Shown: positions 52,491-64,000 of the stretch, in pieces
Numbering within the stretch: position 1 is the stretch's first letter
Layout: every line of letters starts with the position of its first letter
From: Octopus sinensis
Lineage: Eukaryota
Length of the DNA: 64,000 nt
Assembly: GCF_006345805.1 (NCBI RefSeq)
Contig: NC_042999.1
Span: 992,001-1,056,000 of the forward strand
Direction of reading: 5' to 3'
The notes under the pieces: model-generated
What the model was told of the DNA's origin: nothing
Databases searched by the model: none
Seen by the model: only the letters and a program-made list of their open reading frames with translations
Made by a program: the position numbers and the translations under genes

Positions 52491-52785
52491 TACATATATT
52501 ATATATATATATATATATATACATATGTATGTGTGGGGGGTGTATGTGTGTGTGTGTGTGTGTGTATCTATGTGCGTTCATTTTTGTGTCTGTGTTTGTC
52601 CATCAGCGTTTGACAACCGGTGTTGGTGTGTTTACAGCCCCGCAATTTACCGCTTCGTCTAAGAGAAAGATAAAATAAGCACCAAGCCTAAAACTAAAAT
52701 TACTTGGATCGATTAATTCGACTAAAATTCTTGAAGGTGCTACCCCAGCATGGCCGCATTCTAATGACTGAAAGAAGTAAAAGAC
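52244..52785 (+). mobile_element. SINE family B, full length, diverged
   Basis: aggcgcaggagtggttg head, internal microsatellite, tail cccagcatggccgc..tgactgaaagaagtaaaag. Confidence 0.8.
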
Positions 52786-52799
52786 AAATGATAAACAAT

Positions 52800-53620
52800 A
52801 GCCACTGGTCCGAATTTTCTATCCAACCAACGACTATTGTCCAGTTGTTCGATATACCCGGTTACTTGTATGATTCTGGAGCGTCAGCTCAGACTATTTG
52901 GTCATGTTGCTCGTTTTCCGAGTTAAATCCGGCGTACCGTGTTCTCTTTCTCTGGTCGAGGTGACGACTTGCATTACCGTAAATCTTCGAGTATAGTCCG
53001 CCCTTAAGTATAATACGCAGGAGATTTTTAGGGGGCTGTACCTCTGAAAAACCTAAACGTTGTGTATAATACGCATCCCCTTCTCTACCTTGAGTCAAGG
53101 AGGTCTATATAACGTCCTTGGTTTGTAAAACTGTATACGGTAACGTCCTTTATTATTATTGTATATATAACATAATGCAAACGTGTAGCTTTTTTGTGCA
53201 TTTTGTTTGCAGAAAATAAAGAAATAACAGTAATAACGTTTAATAAATGTCGCTTACTGCAAGTTATGGATGATTCTTTTATGACTTCATTGCTTTCTGG
53301 CTTAGCTTAATAAACATTGCCCGATAGCAAATAGAGACTCGGACATTGCTTAGAAAATATTTTTCATTGTTAACCTCGTATATAGTACGCACTACGGATT
53401 TTGTCCTTTAAATTTTAGGGAAAAAATGTGGATTATACTCGATGATTTACGGTAGTCTGTCACATGCCATTTGGTTGGGGCTCATGAAAAAATATCTTGC
53501 ATTGATAGCGGATGACTGGGACATTGGGACACTGCCTGGAGCGTTGTCCGGAGCGATCCGTGCAAACACCGACAAATGGTGGAGGCAGAAACGCATTACA
53601 ACGGTGCATGCCCACACACC
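52800..53620 (+). pseudogene. RTE-clade LINE 3' end, interrupted by a MITE
   Basis: LSNQRLL..VTCMILERQLRLFGHVARF..NPAYRVL before the MITE; AWSVVRSDP..RQMVEA after it. Confidence 0.75.
52977..53452. mobile_element. Tc1/mariner-pogo type MITE
   Basis: TIR ccgtaaatc(t/a)tcgagtata(g/a)tcc at both ends, TA target duplication. Confidence 0.85.
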
Positions 53621-54674
53621 GTACATGATTCATATGGCGGTTATGGCAGTCGTATGATTAAAATTCATTGCTTGGAAAGGAAAATAAAAGTAGTTTACAA
53701 ATGTTCTGCATTTTAATATAAAAAAATGTAACAGTGATTAAAAAAATTTAAATCGTTGGTTATAGGATTTCCTTAGCAATATCTTTAAAGAATAATTTGC
53801 AGTTAGCAAGCAGCCAAATAGCAGTGGAATACATAAACAAGCTAGATTTATTGAATAAAACACGTCTGTTTCTGTCTAATATCCAGCACCATGACCGAAG
53901 ACATTAACCTCAAGTTGCAAAGTGACATGTTGGCGACTTGCGAAATGGAAAATTTACTGCTTTTCATTCGAGTTATCAACACTCAGACGCCAGTTTTGTA
54001 GTTGATTCGACTTCGGTTATCATTATGGAAATATTAACCAAGTATTTTTAATATAAACAGGAGAAATAACTTGATTATATTATATTTCGACAAATTCATG
54101 CACATTTTGAAGCAGCGCTCCTGAAGTGAAATTAATGAGCTAACATTCATACCTTAATTATATTTATAGAGACAACTTCATATCACTTTCAATGAAATGC
54201 AGAAAATAATGTTAACTCAATTCACAGACATTTCTCTTGCAGGAAGCACGGCAAGAATGTTTGTTTTGAGATTCTGTATAGAATTTGTTCTGATTAGATG
54301 CAAAAAGCGAAATTGAAATATAATGTAGAATTTTCTTTCTAAAACGCCGACATTTTTCTTACCAATGGTTTTGATAATTAGATGAAGGACATGTAAACAA
54401 AACAGTCAAAAGGCAAAGCTCTTTGCATTGATAATTTCGTGCAAGTTTGGAGTAGAAGAGGTGCAATTTGCGTAGGGTTATTCCGGTCATCCAAATATTC
54501 GTTAGATTTTGCCCTGAAATCCTTGAATAAATATGTGGGCCCTTTCATATGTGAGATACCAGTTTGTAGTTTCATAGAATCTTAGACAGCACCCATTTTA
54601 TAAGGCTAGAAACGCATCCCTAGAAAACGGTTGTTAAAGACTTTTATATCACTTGAACATTAAAGAGGATTCCA

Positions 54675-55060
54675 GGAGGCGCAATGGCCCAGTGGTTAGG
54701 GCAGCGGACTCGCGGTCGTAGGATCGCGGTTTCGATTCCCAGACCGGGCGTTGTGAGTGTTTATTGAGCGAAAACACCTAAAAAAGCTCCACGAGGCTCC
54801 GGCAGGGGATGGTGGTGATCCCTGCTGTACTCTTTCACCACAACTTTCTCTCACTCTTTCTTCCTGTTTCTGTTCTACCTGTATTTCAAAGGGCCGGCCT
54901 TGTCACTCTCTGTGTCACGCTGAATATCCCCGAGAACTACGTTAAGGGTACACGTGTCTGTGGAGTGCTCAGCCACTTACACGTTAATTTCACGAGCAGG
55001 CTGTTCCGTTGGTCGGATCAACCGGAACCCTCATCTTCGTAACCGACGGAGTGCTTCCAT
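54675..55060 (+). mobile_element. SINE family C, tail type 2, full length with a 13-bp TSD
   Basis: aaagaggattcca at 54662-54674 and 55064-55076. Confidence 0.92.
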
Positions 55061-55719
55061 CCCAAAGAGGATTCCAACATCTTGCTACTGTCATGCCACT
55101 CCCGTATTTTTAATTATTCTTCCCCTTCTTTTCCTACTCCATCTTCTTTTTCTTTTTCTACTTCACTACCTCCTTCCTCAACTACTACTGCTGCTTAACA
55201 ATCAAAACCAAGAAATCATATCAAATATTAGGACTGCTACTACCTGCTAATTCTACTAAGCCCTCACAAGAGTAAAAATAAGAGATAGACAGAAAAAAGG
55301 AAAATGTCCCTTGCTTTTGAAAACTATGGAAATATTTTTTAAAAAACATTTCATTAAATTTTTGAACAATTTCATTGTTTTTCATGCTCTACTCTAAGTT
55401 GAAAAAGATACATATGGTTAGTAGAGTTAGAGGCTGGAATAATTTTCTAAGGGATAAAAAATATCCATTATATTACTTGTATAATTACCTATGTTAACCC
55501 TGGGCATACATATGCGAGCATATTGTGCTCATAGATTACAGGTGAGGACAAAGATAAACATGAGTTTATCAGGAATTAAATTTAGAGTAAACGGAAAATG
55601 GAGAAATTTTGAGCAACAACCATTCTTGTTGATCAATAGTTCTCCATTTTCTGTTTATCTTATGTGTGTGTGTGTGTGTGTGCGTGTGTGTGTGTGTATG
55701 TATATATATATATACTCTC

Positions 55720-56228
<509 letters not shown>

Positions 56229-56379
56229 TACATATATATATATTCTTTTATTCGTTACAGCCATTTGTCTGCTGCCATGCTGGAGCAACAAGCAGGTGTT
56301 ATTAGTTTGACGCTCGGGAAAAATAAAGCGGAGGGAGAAAAGTTTTCTAAGGATTAGCTGTTCAACATGATGAAATACA

Positions 56380-56410
<31 letters not shown>

Positions 56411-56880
56411 GGGCGCATGCACACATATATATATCATATTATATATATATATAAACTCATCTGACTAGAAGACGTAATTTTCAAACTACATATATTCATA
56501 CAATTTCTGCATATGATGTTATGTAACTAATTATTTAAAACGATCAATTATATTATTATTTTTCAAAGTATGTATAATTGAATCATGTGTGAATATATAT
56601 ATACAACTCAGTGAGATTGAAGAAAAAAATGGTGAAACTTACAATGTTAGACAAAAAAAATTACTATGTACCAACAGGTAGAAACCAAGCGTACAGCCTA
56701 CTATGTATCGTTCTAAAAAATATATCTCATTATTATTTCATCACTGCTTGACTAGAAATTATTTGTTTTTAATCATATTTAAATGCATTAAAAGAAAAAG
56801 ATTTCTACTTTCAATAATTGTGATGAAATGTGTGCAATCACGGATGCATCAATGGTTTTCAATATTTATATTCAATAATG

Positions 56881-57509
56881 TGGAGGTGCAATGGCCCAGT
56901 GGTTCGGGCAGCGGACTCGCGGTCGGAGGATCACGGTTTCGATTTCCAGACCGGGCGTTGTGAGTGTTTATTGAGCGAAAACACCTTAAAGTTCCACGAG
57001 GCTCCGGCAGGGGGTGGTGATCCCTGCTGTACTCTTTCACCGCTCTTTCTCTCACTCTTTCTTCTATTGGCCTATTCGCTTAGCCACCGGGGTGGCGTCA
57101 TTCGAAGGCTAAAACAATGCGAACGCATTGTGACCAGCGATGTGTAACAACATCTGATGGTCTGGTCGGTCACGTGATCACGTGATATTCAATAATGTGG
57201 AGGCGCAATAGCCCAGTGGTTAGGGCAGCGGACTCGCGGTCGGAGGATCATGGTTTCGATTCCCAGACCGGGTGTTGTGAGTGTTTATTGAGCGAAAACA
57301 CCTAAAGCTCCACGAGGCTCGGGCAAGGGATGGTGGCGATCCCTGCTGTACTCTTCCGCCACAACTTTTTCTCCCTCTTTCTTCTGTTGGCCTGCTCGCT
57401 TAGCCAGCGGCGTGGCGTCACTTGATGGCTAAAACAACGCGAAGTACATTGTGACCAGCGATGTGCTGCAACTTCGGATAGCCTGGTCGGTCACGGTGAT
57501 CACGGTGAT
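56881..57509 (+). mobile_element. Two tandem family C SINEs with tail type 3
   Basis: Copies at 56881-57186 and 57198-57509, each ending tggtcggtcacg(g)tgatcacg. Confidence 0.9.
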
Positions 57510-57518
57510 ATTCAATAA

Positions 57519-58630
57519 GGCGGCGAGCTGATAGAATCGTTGGCTCGGCGACATACTTAACGGCATATCGTCCGTCTGTACGTTCAGAGTTAAATTTCGC
57601 CTTTCATCCTAACGCAGTCGATAAAATAAGTACCAGTTGTGTACTGAGGTTGATGTAAATGTCTTTCGACGACATCCGAAATTGCTGGCTTTGTACCAAA
57701 ATTTGAAGCCAGTGTTTACATTCGATAAAGAGCGGAATTATTAGTACGCCGGGGAAAAAGCTTAGCGGCATTTCGTCCGTCTTTACGTTCTGAGTTCAAA
57801 TTCCGCTGAGGCCGGGTTTGCCTTTCATCTTGTCGCAGTCGCTGAAATAAGTACCAGTTACGCACTGGGGCCGATGAAATCGACTTGCTCTATCCTCCTA
57901 AAATTGCTGGCTTTGTGCTAAAATTCTGAACCAATATAATACAGAGCACACCGTCACAGCGTTTGAAATGTCGATGGTTCTGATTTGCATAACACATGGA
58001 GTGATTAAGGCAGTGAGCTTGCAGAAACGTGAGCACGCCGGGCGAAATTCTTAGTGATATTTCGTCTGCCTTTACGTTCTAAGTTCAAATTCTACCGAGG
58101 TCGACTTTGCCTTTCATCCTTTCGGGGTCGATAAATTAAGTACCAGTTACGCACTGGGGTCGATGTAATCGACTTAATCCGTTTGTCTGTCCTTGTTTGT
58201 CCTCTCTGTGTTTAGCTACTTGTGGCTAGTAAAGAAATAGGTATTTCGTCTGCCGCTACGTTCTGGGCTCAAATTCCGCCGAGGTCGAATTTGCTTTTCA
58301 TCCTATCGGGGTTGATAAATTAAGTACCAGTTACGTACTGGGGTCGATCTAATCGACTTAATCTCTTCCCACAAATATGAGGCCTTGCACTTCCAGAAGA
58401 AAGGATTATTTGTGATATATAAGGCGGCGTGCTTGCAGAATCGTTAGAACGCCGGGCGAAATGCTTAGTAGTATTTCGTCTGTCTTTACATTCTGAGTTC
58501 AAATTCCGCCGTGGTCGACTTTGCCTTTCATCCTTTCGGGGTCGATAAATTAAGTACTAGATGCGTACTGGGGTCGATCTAATCGATTGGCCCCTCTCCC
58601 AAAATTTCGGTCGTTGTGCCTAGATTAGAT
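57519..58630 (+). mobile_element. Cluster of family A SINEs (about five core units)
   Basis: Repeated ggcggcgagctg heads and gcctttcatcct..gtcgataaa cores. Confidence 0.85.
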
Positions 58631-59024
58631 AAGCAATAACACATGGGGTGATTGGAAAAAAGATCAAAAGCAATCATTTGTATAAACATTTCCTTTGGCA
58701 GGTTAGCATGTCTAGATATGTGTATGATGGTCCAGGGTATACTTGAAGTGCAGGAGTTATGCAAACTGATATCGTGAAGTCACATAGCTTAGTCATTAGG
58801 GTGATCGCAGTTTCGATCTCCAAACCGGGCAGTGGCTTGTATACTTTAAACGAGACGCTTCGATTCACGTTACTCCAGTCCACTCAGCTGGAAATGAGTC
58901 ACTCTGCGACTGATTAGCGTCCTGTTCAGAAGGGCGGGGATGAGATCTCTGTCTATTGTACATCGTGAAAACCCGATAACTGGCCCTATGAGTCCTAGAA
59001 CTCGAGACAGTAATGCCCAGGGGT

Positions 59025-59380
59025 TGCTGTTGTTGTTGCTGCTGCTGCTACTGATGATGATGATGATGATGATGACGACGTCGACGACGACGATAATGTG
59101 AATGGTCATGATGATGATTATGATGATGCTATAAGGATGATGATGATGATGGTAGTGGTGGTGGTTGTGGTGGTGATGTTGATTATGATGATGAAGAGGA
59201 GGAAGAGGATGAGGATGATGGTGATGATGTTGATTATGATGATGAGGAGGAGGGGGAGGATGGTGGTGGTGGTGGTGTTGATTATGATGATGTTGGTGGT
59301 GATGTTGATTATGATGATGATGAGGAGGAGGAGGAGGAGGAGGTTGTTGTTGTTGGTGGTGATGATGATGATGATGATGC
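59025..59380. repeat. Mixed trinucleotide repeat (GAT/GGT/GAG)
   Basis: Directly visible. Confidence 0.9.
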
Positions 59381-59426
59381 AGTCTCATGGAACTCTCATC
59401 AAATACTCTGGTTTTCTGTTTAACAT

Positions 59427-59671
59427 CAGTGGTTCTCAGCCATTTTTCATTTACAGACCCCTTTGACACCCTTTTTAAATCTGATGGATCCTCATAACCA
59501 TTTCACGTTTTTAAAAAAACCTATTATAGTTTTATAATCAAGTATTATTAAGAATTGCATTTAAAAATTGTTAAAATATTTTGTGTATTAAAAAGGTATA
59601 ACCATAAATTTCAACAGTAAAATCTTATATCTATCTCCAAGGCTCATATGGACCACGAATCGTAACCACTG
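59427..59671. mobile_element. Possible hAT-type MITE
   Basis: Termini cagtggttctca / tcgtaaccactg; a related diverged sequence lies near 36698; TSD unclear. Confidence 0.5.
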
Positions 59672-60414
59672 GTTTCCACGAAGAAACTTCCACTTCCTCA
59701 TGGTACCGATTAAATATTCAATAATGTTAGCTATTTAGTGCTACGTTTCGCTAATGAGGTCAACTAACACCGAAACATCCTTCATTTTAAAACCGAACAG
59801 ATTTAAGCTCATGCTCTCCTTACGTGCCCTCATTCAAGTTTTTACTAATGTTGATGTTGGAGATTTTTTCTTCTTTTCTCTCTGTTGACAATAATTATCA
59901 TTAATATCATTAATGCTAATGATATTTCATTTCTACATTGTGGTGGTTTTAATTGATTTAAGTTATTGCTACGGTTGACTGCTCTATGTTTGCTCCCATT
60001 TAACTATGTAGACAGTTACAGTTCAGTGATGGTGACACGTATTATTGGCTCGCAGCTGGTAGTCTGCTTTACACATAAAAATATAATTCTCTCTCCCTCT
60101 CTGCCACTGTCTCTGAAAGACAATTGCGCACACGCACACATAAACACATACACAAACACACTGAGCCAAGATTCATTCACACAAGCAGAAGCAGAAAAAA
60201 GATTGCAATAAAACCATTAAAATCACATAATTTTGTGATAAATCTATCAAAATATTGATGAAATAGGCGCAGGCGTGGCCGTATGGTTAAGAATTTTGCT
60301 TTCAACTACATGACTCCGGTTTCGGTCCCACAGCGTGGCACCTTTAGTGTTTTCTACCTTTTCAACCTAATACATATAGGGAGAGAAAGATATACATACG
60401 TACATACACACACG

Positions 60415-60714
60415 TGGAGGCGCAATGGCCCAGTGGTTAGGGCAGCGGACTCGCGGTCGTAGGATCGCGGTTTTGATTCCCAGGCCGAGCGTTGTGAGTG
60501 TTTATTGAGCGAAAACACCTAAAAGCTCCACGAGGCTCCAGCAGGGGGTGGTGATCCCTGCTGTACTCTTTCACCACTCTTTCTCCCACTCTTTCTTCTG
60601 TTGGCCTGCTCGCTTAGCCAGCGGGGTGGCGTCCTTCGAAGGCTAAAACAATGCGAACGCATTGTGACCAGCGATGTGTAACTACATCTGATGGGCTGGT
60701 CGGTCACGTGATCA
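60415..60714 (+). mobile_element. SINE family C, tail type 3
   Basis: Close match to the 57198 copy. Confidence 0.9.
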
Positions 60715-61082
60715 CATACACACACACACACACACATACGCGCGCACAGACACATACTCGCGCACACACACAGACACATATTATTTAGATTAGTGTACGG
60801 AGTCTATCACTAATCTAAATAATATGTTAGCCTATCTATCTATTTATCTATCTGTCTATCTATCTATCTATTTATGTCAGTGAACAGGTCGAGGTTTCAA
60901 AGCGACGAAAATATCTTGACAAATTAAATTTAAATATTGAAGTGACTCTAACGGTTATTGTGTGTTTTTAAATGGCATATAAACACCTTCCACGCTGCAA
61001 GTGTTTATATGTGTTTATACATATATATATGTTTTAAAGTTTCAGCTCAGAGTTCTGACCATGCTGGAGCACCACCGTCCTG

Positions 61083-61410
61083 TTACTGAGAGCCTCCTCT
61101 TATATCTGACACTTGGTGAAAAATGGAATCTGATGTCGTTACCCTCATTTGCACCTCCTTCCGTGTGGTATGTTCATCTGGGACTCTCGATAGGAAGAGG
61201 TCCAGTTTTGATTTGAAAACACCTACATCCACTTTGTGTAGGTCCCTCAGGCTCTTTGGGAGTATATTAAAAAGCTGTGGGCCCTTGAAACCCAGGCTGT
61301 TGCAGTAACTGGTCCTGAAGCGCGAGGGCATTGCTGAGCTGTTTAGCACTGTGGAGTGTCGACGCGTCCTGGCATTGGCGTAGCTTTGAATGCCAAAATT
61401 TGGCACAATT
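61083..61410 (-). pseudogene. CR1/Jockey-group LINE ORF2 C-terminus and 3' end
   Basis: NSLGFKGPQLFNILPKSLRDL..VFKSKLDLFLSRVPDE matches the typical W/FNxLP..FKxxLD C-terminal pattern. Confidence 0.8.
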
Positions 61411-61987
61411 CCTTTCGGGAAAATGGGCTGCTATTGGTGTAAGCGGGTCACATGGTGTTGTTAAACGTGAGATCAGCTTTCCAGTGATACGAGATGCATT
61501 ATAAAGGAAAATTTCTTGGATCGCGTACCCGGACAGGAAACAGATGGCGCTTTGGTGTTTGGTGGACCCTTGAAAGGACTTGCAAGCCGAAAGAAGATCT
61601 GTGTATGTGTGTGTGTTTGAGTGTGTTTGTGTAGAAATATATACAAGCAAATACAAACATATCGATTTATATCTAGAAAAAAATCAATCAACATTCACCA
61701 CGCGCAATTTATCTCACGGAAATGCAGTAACCTTTTCTTCTAAGAAATAGAATTGCTGAATTTTAATATGGAAATATTCTTTCAGTGAAAAAAGAAATCT
61801 CACGCTAAGATCAACTTGCGTATCAATGAAAAAAATTAAAAAAACAAAAACGTAATAAAGTAGGTCTTTAATAATTAATCAAACCATGTGAATGATATGA
61901 ACCATATGTGTGATGTATGTAGAAAATGGCATTTTTACAAGAAATTTAATGAACGTGTTGTTTTCATTTATTGTTGCTGTTGTTGCG

Positions 61988-62006
61988 ATTATTATTATTA
62001 TTATTA

Positions 62007-62054
<48 letters not shown>

Positions 62055-62240
62055 TATTATTATTATCATTATTATTATTATCCTTGTTATTATTATTATT
62101 TTATTATTATTATTATTTTATTATTATTATTATTATATCATTATTATTATCATTATATTATTATTATTTTATTATTATTATTATTATTATTATTATCATT
62201 ATTATTATTATTATTATCATCATCATTGTCATTATTATAA

Positions 62241-62279
<39 letters not shown>

Positions 62280-62468
62280 ATTATTATCATTATTATTATT
62301 ATTTATTATTATTATTATTATTATATTATTATTATTAATTATTATTATTATTATCATTATATTATTATTATCATCATCATCATTATTATTATCATTATTA
62401 TTATTATTATTATTATTTTATTATTATTATTATTATTATTATTATCATTATTATTATCATTATCATCA

Positions 62469-62511
<43 letters not shown>
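61988..62511. repeat. Long imperfect (ATT)n microsatellite
   Basis: Directly visible. Confidence 0.95.
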
Positions 62512-62610
62512 CCAAATAAAGAATCGTTTTTGAAATGGTTCCTGAAATTATTTCTTTCCCACTTTTGTTTCTGTTTAATATGATGGACGCTTTTCAAATT
62601 GTTCTTTATT

Positions 62611-62652
<42 letters not shown>

Positions 62653-62693
62653 TATATATATATATATATACATGTGTGAGTGTGTTTGGCTGG

Positions 62694-62757
<64 letters not shown>

Positions 62758-63132
62758 AAATATGTGTGAGTAAGTATGCCTGTGTATTGAATGTGTTCGA
62801 ATGAGAAAGAACGCCTGTCGAAGACTTTGGCGAAATTGGATTAACAGCAAGTTTTAATGGATGAAAATTAATCTTTCGGGGATTATTTTACAGACTGGGG
62901 AGGTTTGAAACGTCAGCACGTCTCTATCTCTATGTGAGGTAGACAAGAGGTCTATTTAACCAGCACTTCAGTTTTTTTTTTTTTTTCCAGTAATTCTACA
63001 CTGCTTACAATTACTTCTAATATGACTTCATCTAGCGGAGGGGACGTTAGAGACAGAAACATCGGGAAAAGAAATATCGGTTATTTAAATTTCAAAAAAG
63101 AAATGTTTAGAAAAAATTATAAATAGAAATAC

Positions 63133-63853
63133 AATAAAAGATAATTATGAAAAATTTGACAATAAACAAAAGGATGAACTTCCAAGACAGGCAACAGGCT
63201 TAGCTGCATATCTGAATATCAGAATTTTGTGATATAAACTTATGAAAAACAATTACAACTCACGTATATTGTCAAACGCAGAGAAATCTAGGGAGGGGTC
63301 AGAGATTTCGAAGAGAGCGAAAAGGAGAGAAAATATTAACGTTTCAATTTCCTTCCATTTCCAGGGGTTATATATTGGGTTGGTGCATAATTATTGCGCC
63401 CTTTTTATTCAAACATTTTTATTCAACAAAAATGATAGCAACATTTAATAATCTTTAAATGATTTTTCCGGAGCATATTCACCATCTACTTCAATTACCG
63501 CTTCCCATTTTCTTGGTAGACAGTCAGACCATCATTTAAAGATGTTCTTATTAAATATTGTTATTGTTTTTGCTGATTAAAATTTGTTTTAAAAAGCCAC
63601 AATTATTATGCACCAACCCAATAAAATAAAGGATAATTATGAAAAATTTGACAATAAACAAAAGGATGAACTTCCAAGACAGGCAACAGGCTTAGTTGCA
63701 TATCTGAATATCAGAATTTTATGATATAAGCTTATGAAAAACAATCACAACTCACGTATATTGTCAAACGCAGAGAAATCTAGGGAGGGGTCAGAGTTTT
63801 CGAAAAGAGCGAAAAGGAGAGAAAATATTAACGCTTCATTTTCCTTCCGTTTC
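63133..63853. repeat. About 229-bp direct duplication (63133-63361 and 63625-63853) bracketing the mariner MITE
   Basis: Near-identical copies, also visible as paired ORFs MKNN(Y/H)NSRILSNAEKSREGSE. Confidence 0.9.
63375..63621 (-). mobile_element. Short internally deleted mariner
   Basis: TIR ttgggttggtgcataa(t)tattg with TA flanks; remnant LPRKWEAVIEVDGEY. Confidence 0.85.
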
Positions 63854-63854
63854 T

Positions 63855-64000
63855 TATTTCTTTACTGCTCTCAAGGGGCTAAACATAGAGGGGACAAACA
63901 AGGGCAGACAAAAGGATAAAGTCGATTACAGCGACCCCAGTGCGTAACTGGTACTTATTTAATCGACCCCGAAAGGATGAAAGGTAAATTCGACCTCGGC
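63855..64000 (-). mobile_element. SINE family A, running off the window end
   Basis: caaggggctaaacatagaggggacaaac..gaccccgaaaggatgaaagg. Confidence 0.85.

Noticed and set aside
54378-54575. Short unique ORFs (also 37336-37593, 42839-43024, 38508-38765) as host exons
   Set aside because: No recognisable motifs, lengths expected by chance, and no convincing splice context.
58870-59469. His/Pro/Gln-rich 199-aa ORF resembling a transcription-factor low-complexity region
   Set aside because: It is composed of a trinucleotide repeat flanked by a SINE and a MITE; no domain or splice evidence.

Overview
AT-rich, repeat-saturated eukaryotic (animal) DNA with no recognisable intact host gene, rRNA, genuine tRNA or CRISPR array. 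It is probably intergenic or intronic. The SINE families and the extreme microsatellite load resemble coleoid cephalopod (Octopus-like) DNA; this is an inference from recall, not a database check. Contents: dozens of tRNA-derived SINE copies from at least three families (labelled A, B, C here); a roughly 550-bp element (D) that always sits at (AAT)n tracts; degraded LINE fragments (CR1-like APE endonuclease and 3' end, R4/Dong-like RLE ends, an RTE 3' end); a degraded Penelope-like element (RT + GIY-YIG); a full-length dead mariner plus deleted mariner/pogo MITEs; an inverted pair of non-autonomous Helitrons; a foldback element carrying telomeric repeats; and one 100-N gap. Almost all ORFs in the supplied track are microsatellite or SINE artefacts. 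Best leads: (1) a tRNA-headed element with a Penelope-type minimal hammerhead ribozyme tail (20494-21390, relatives at 41.4 kb and 10.5 kb); (2) a degraded coding-like stretch at 13.0-14.8 kb that may be an endogenous bunyavirus-like L-protein fragment; (3) a 52-bp junction copied over 20 kb; (4) modular tail-swapping among SINEs; (5) unusually long (46-55 bp) insertion-site duplications. All translations and alignments were done by eye, and the boundaries of degraded copies are approximate.
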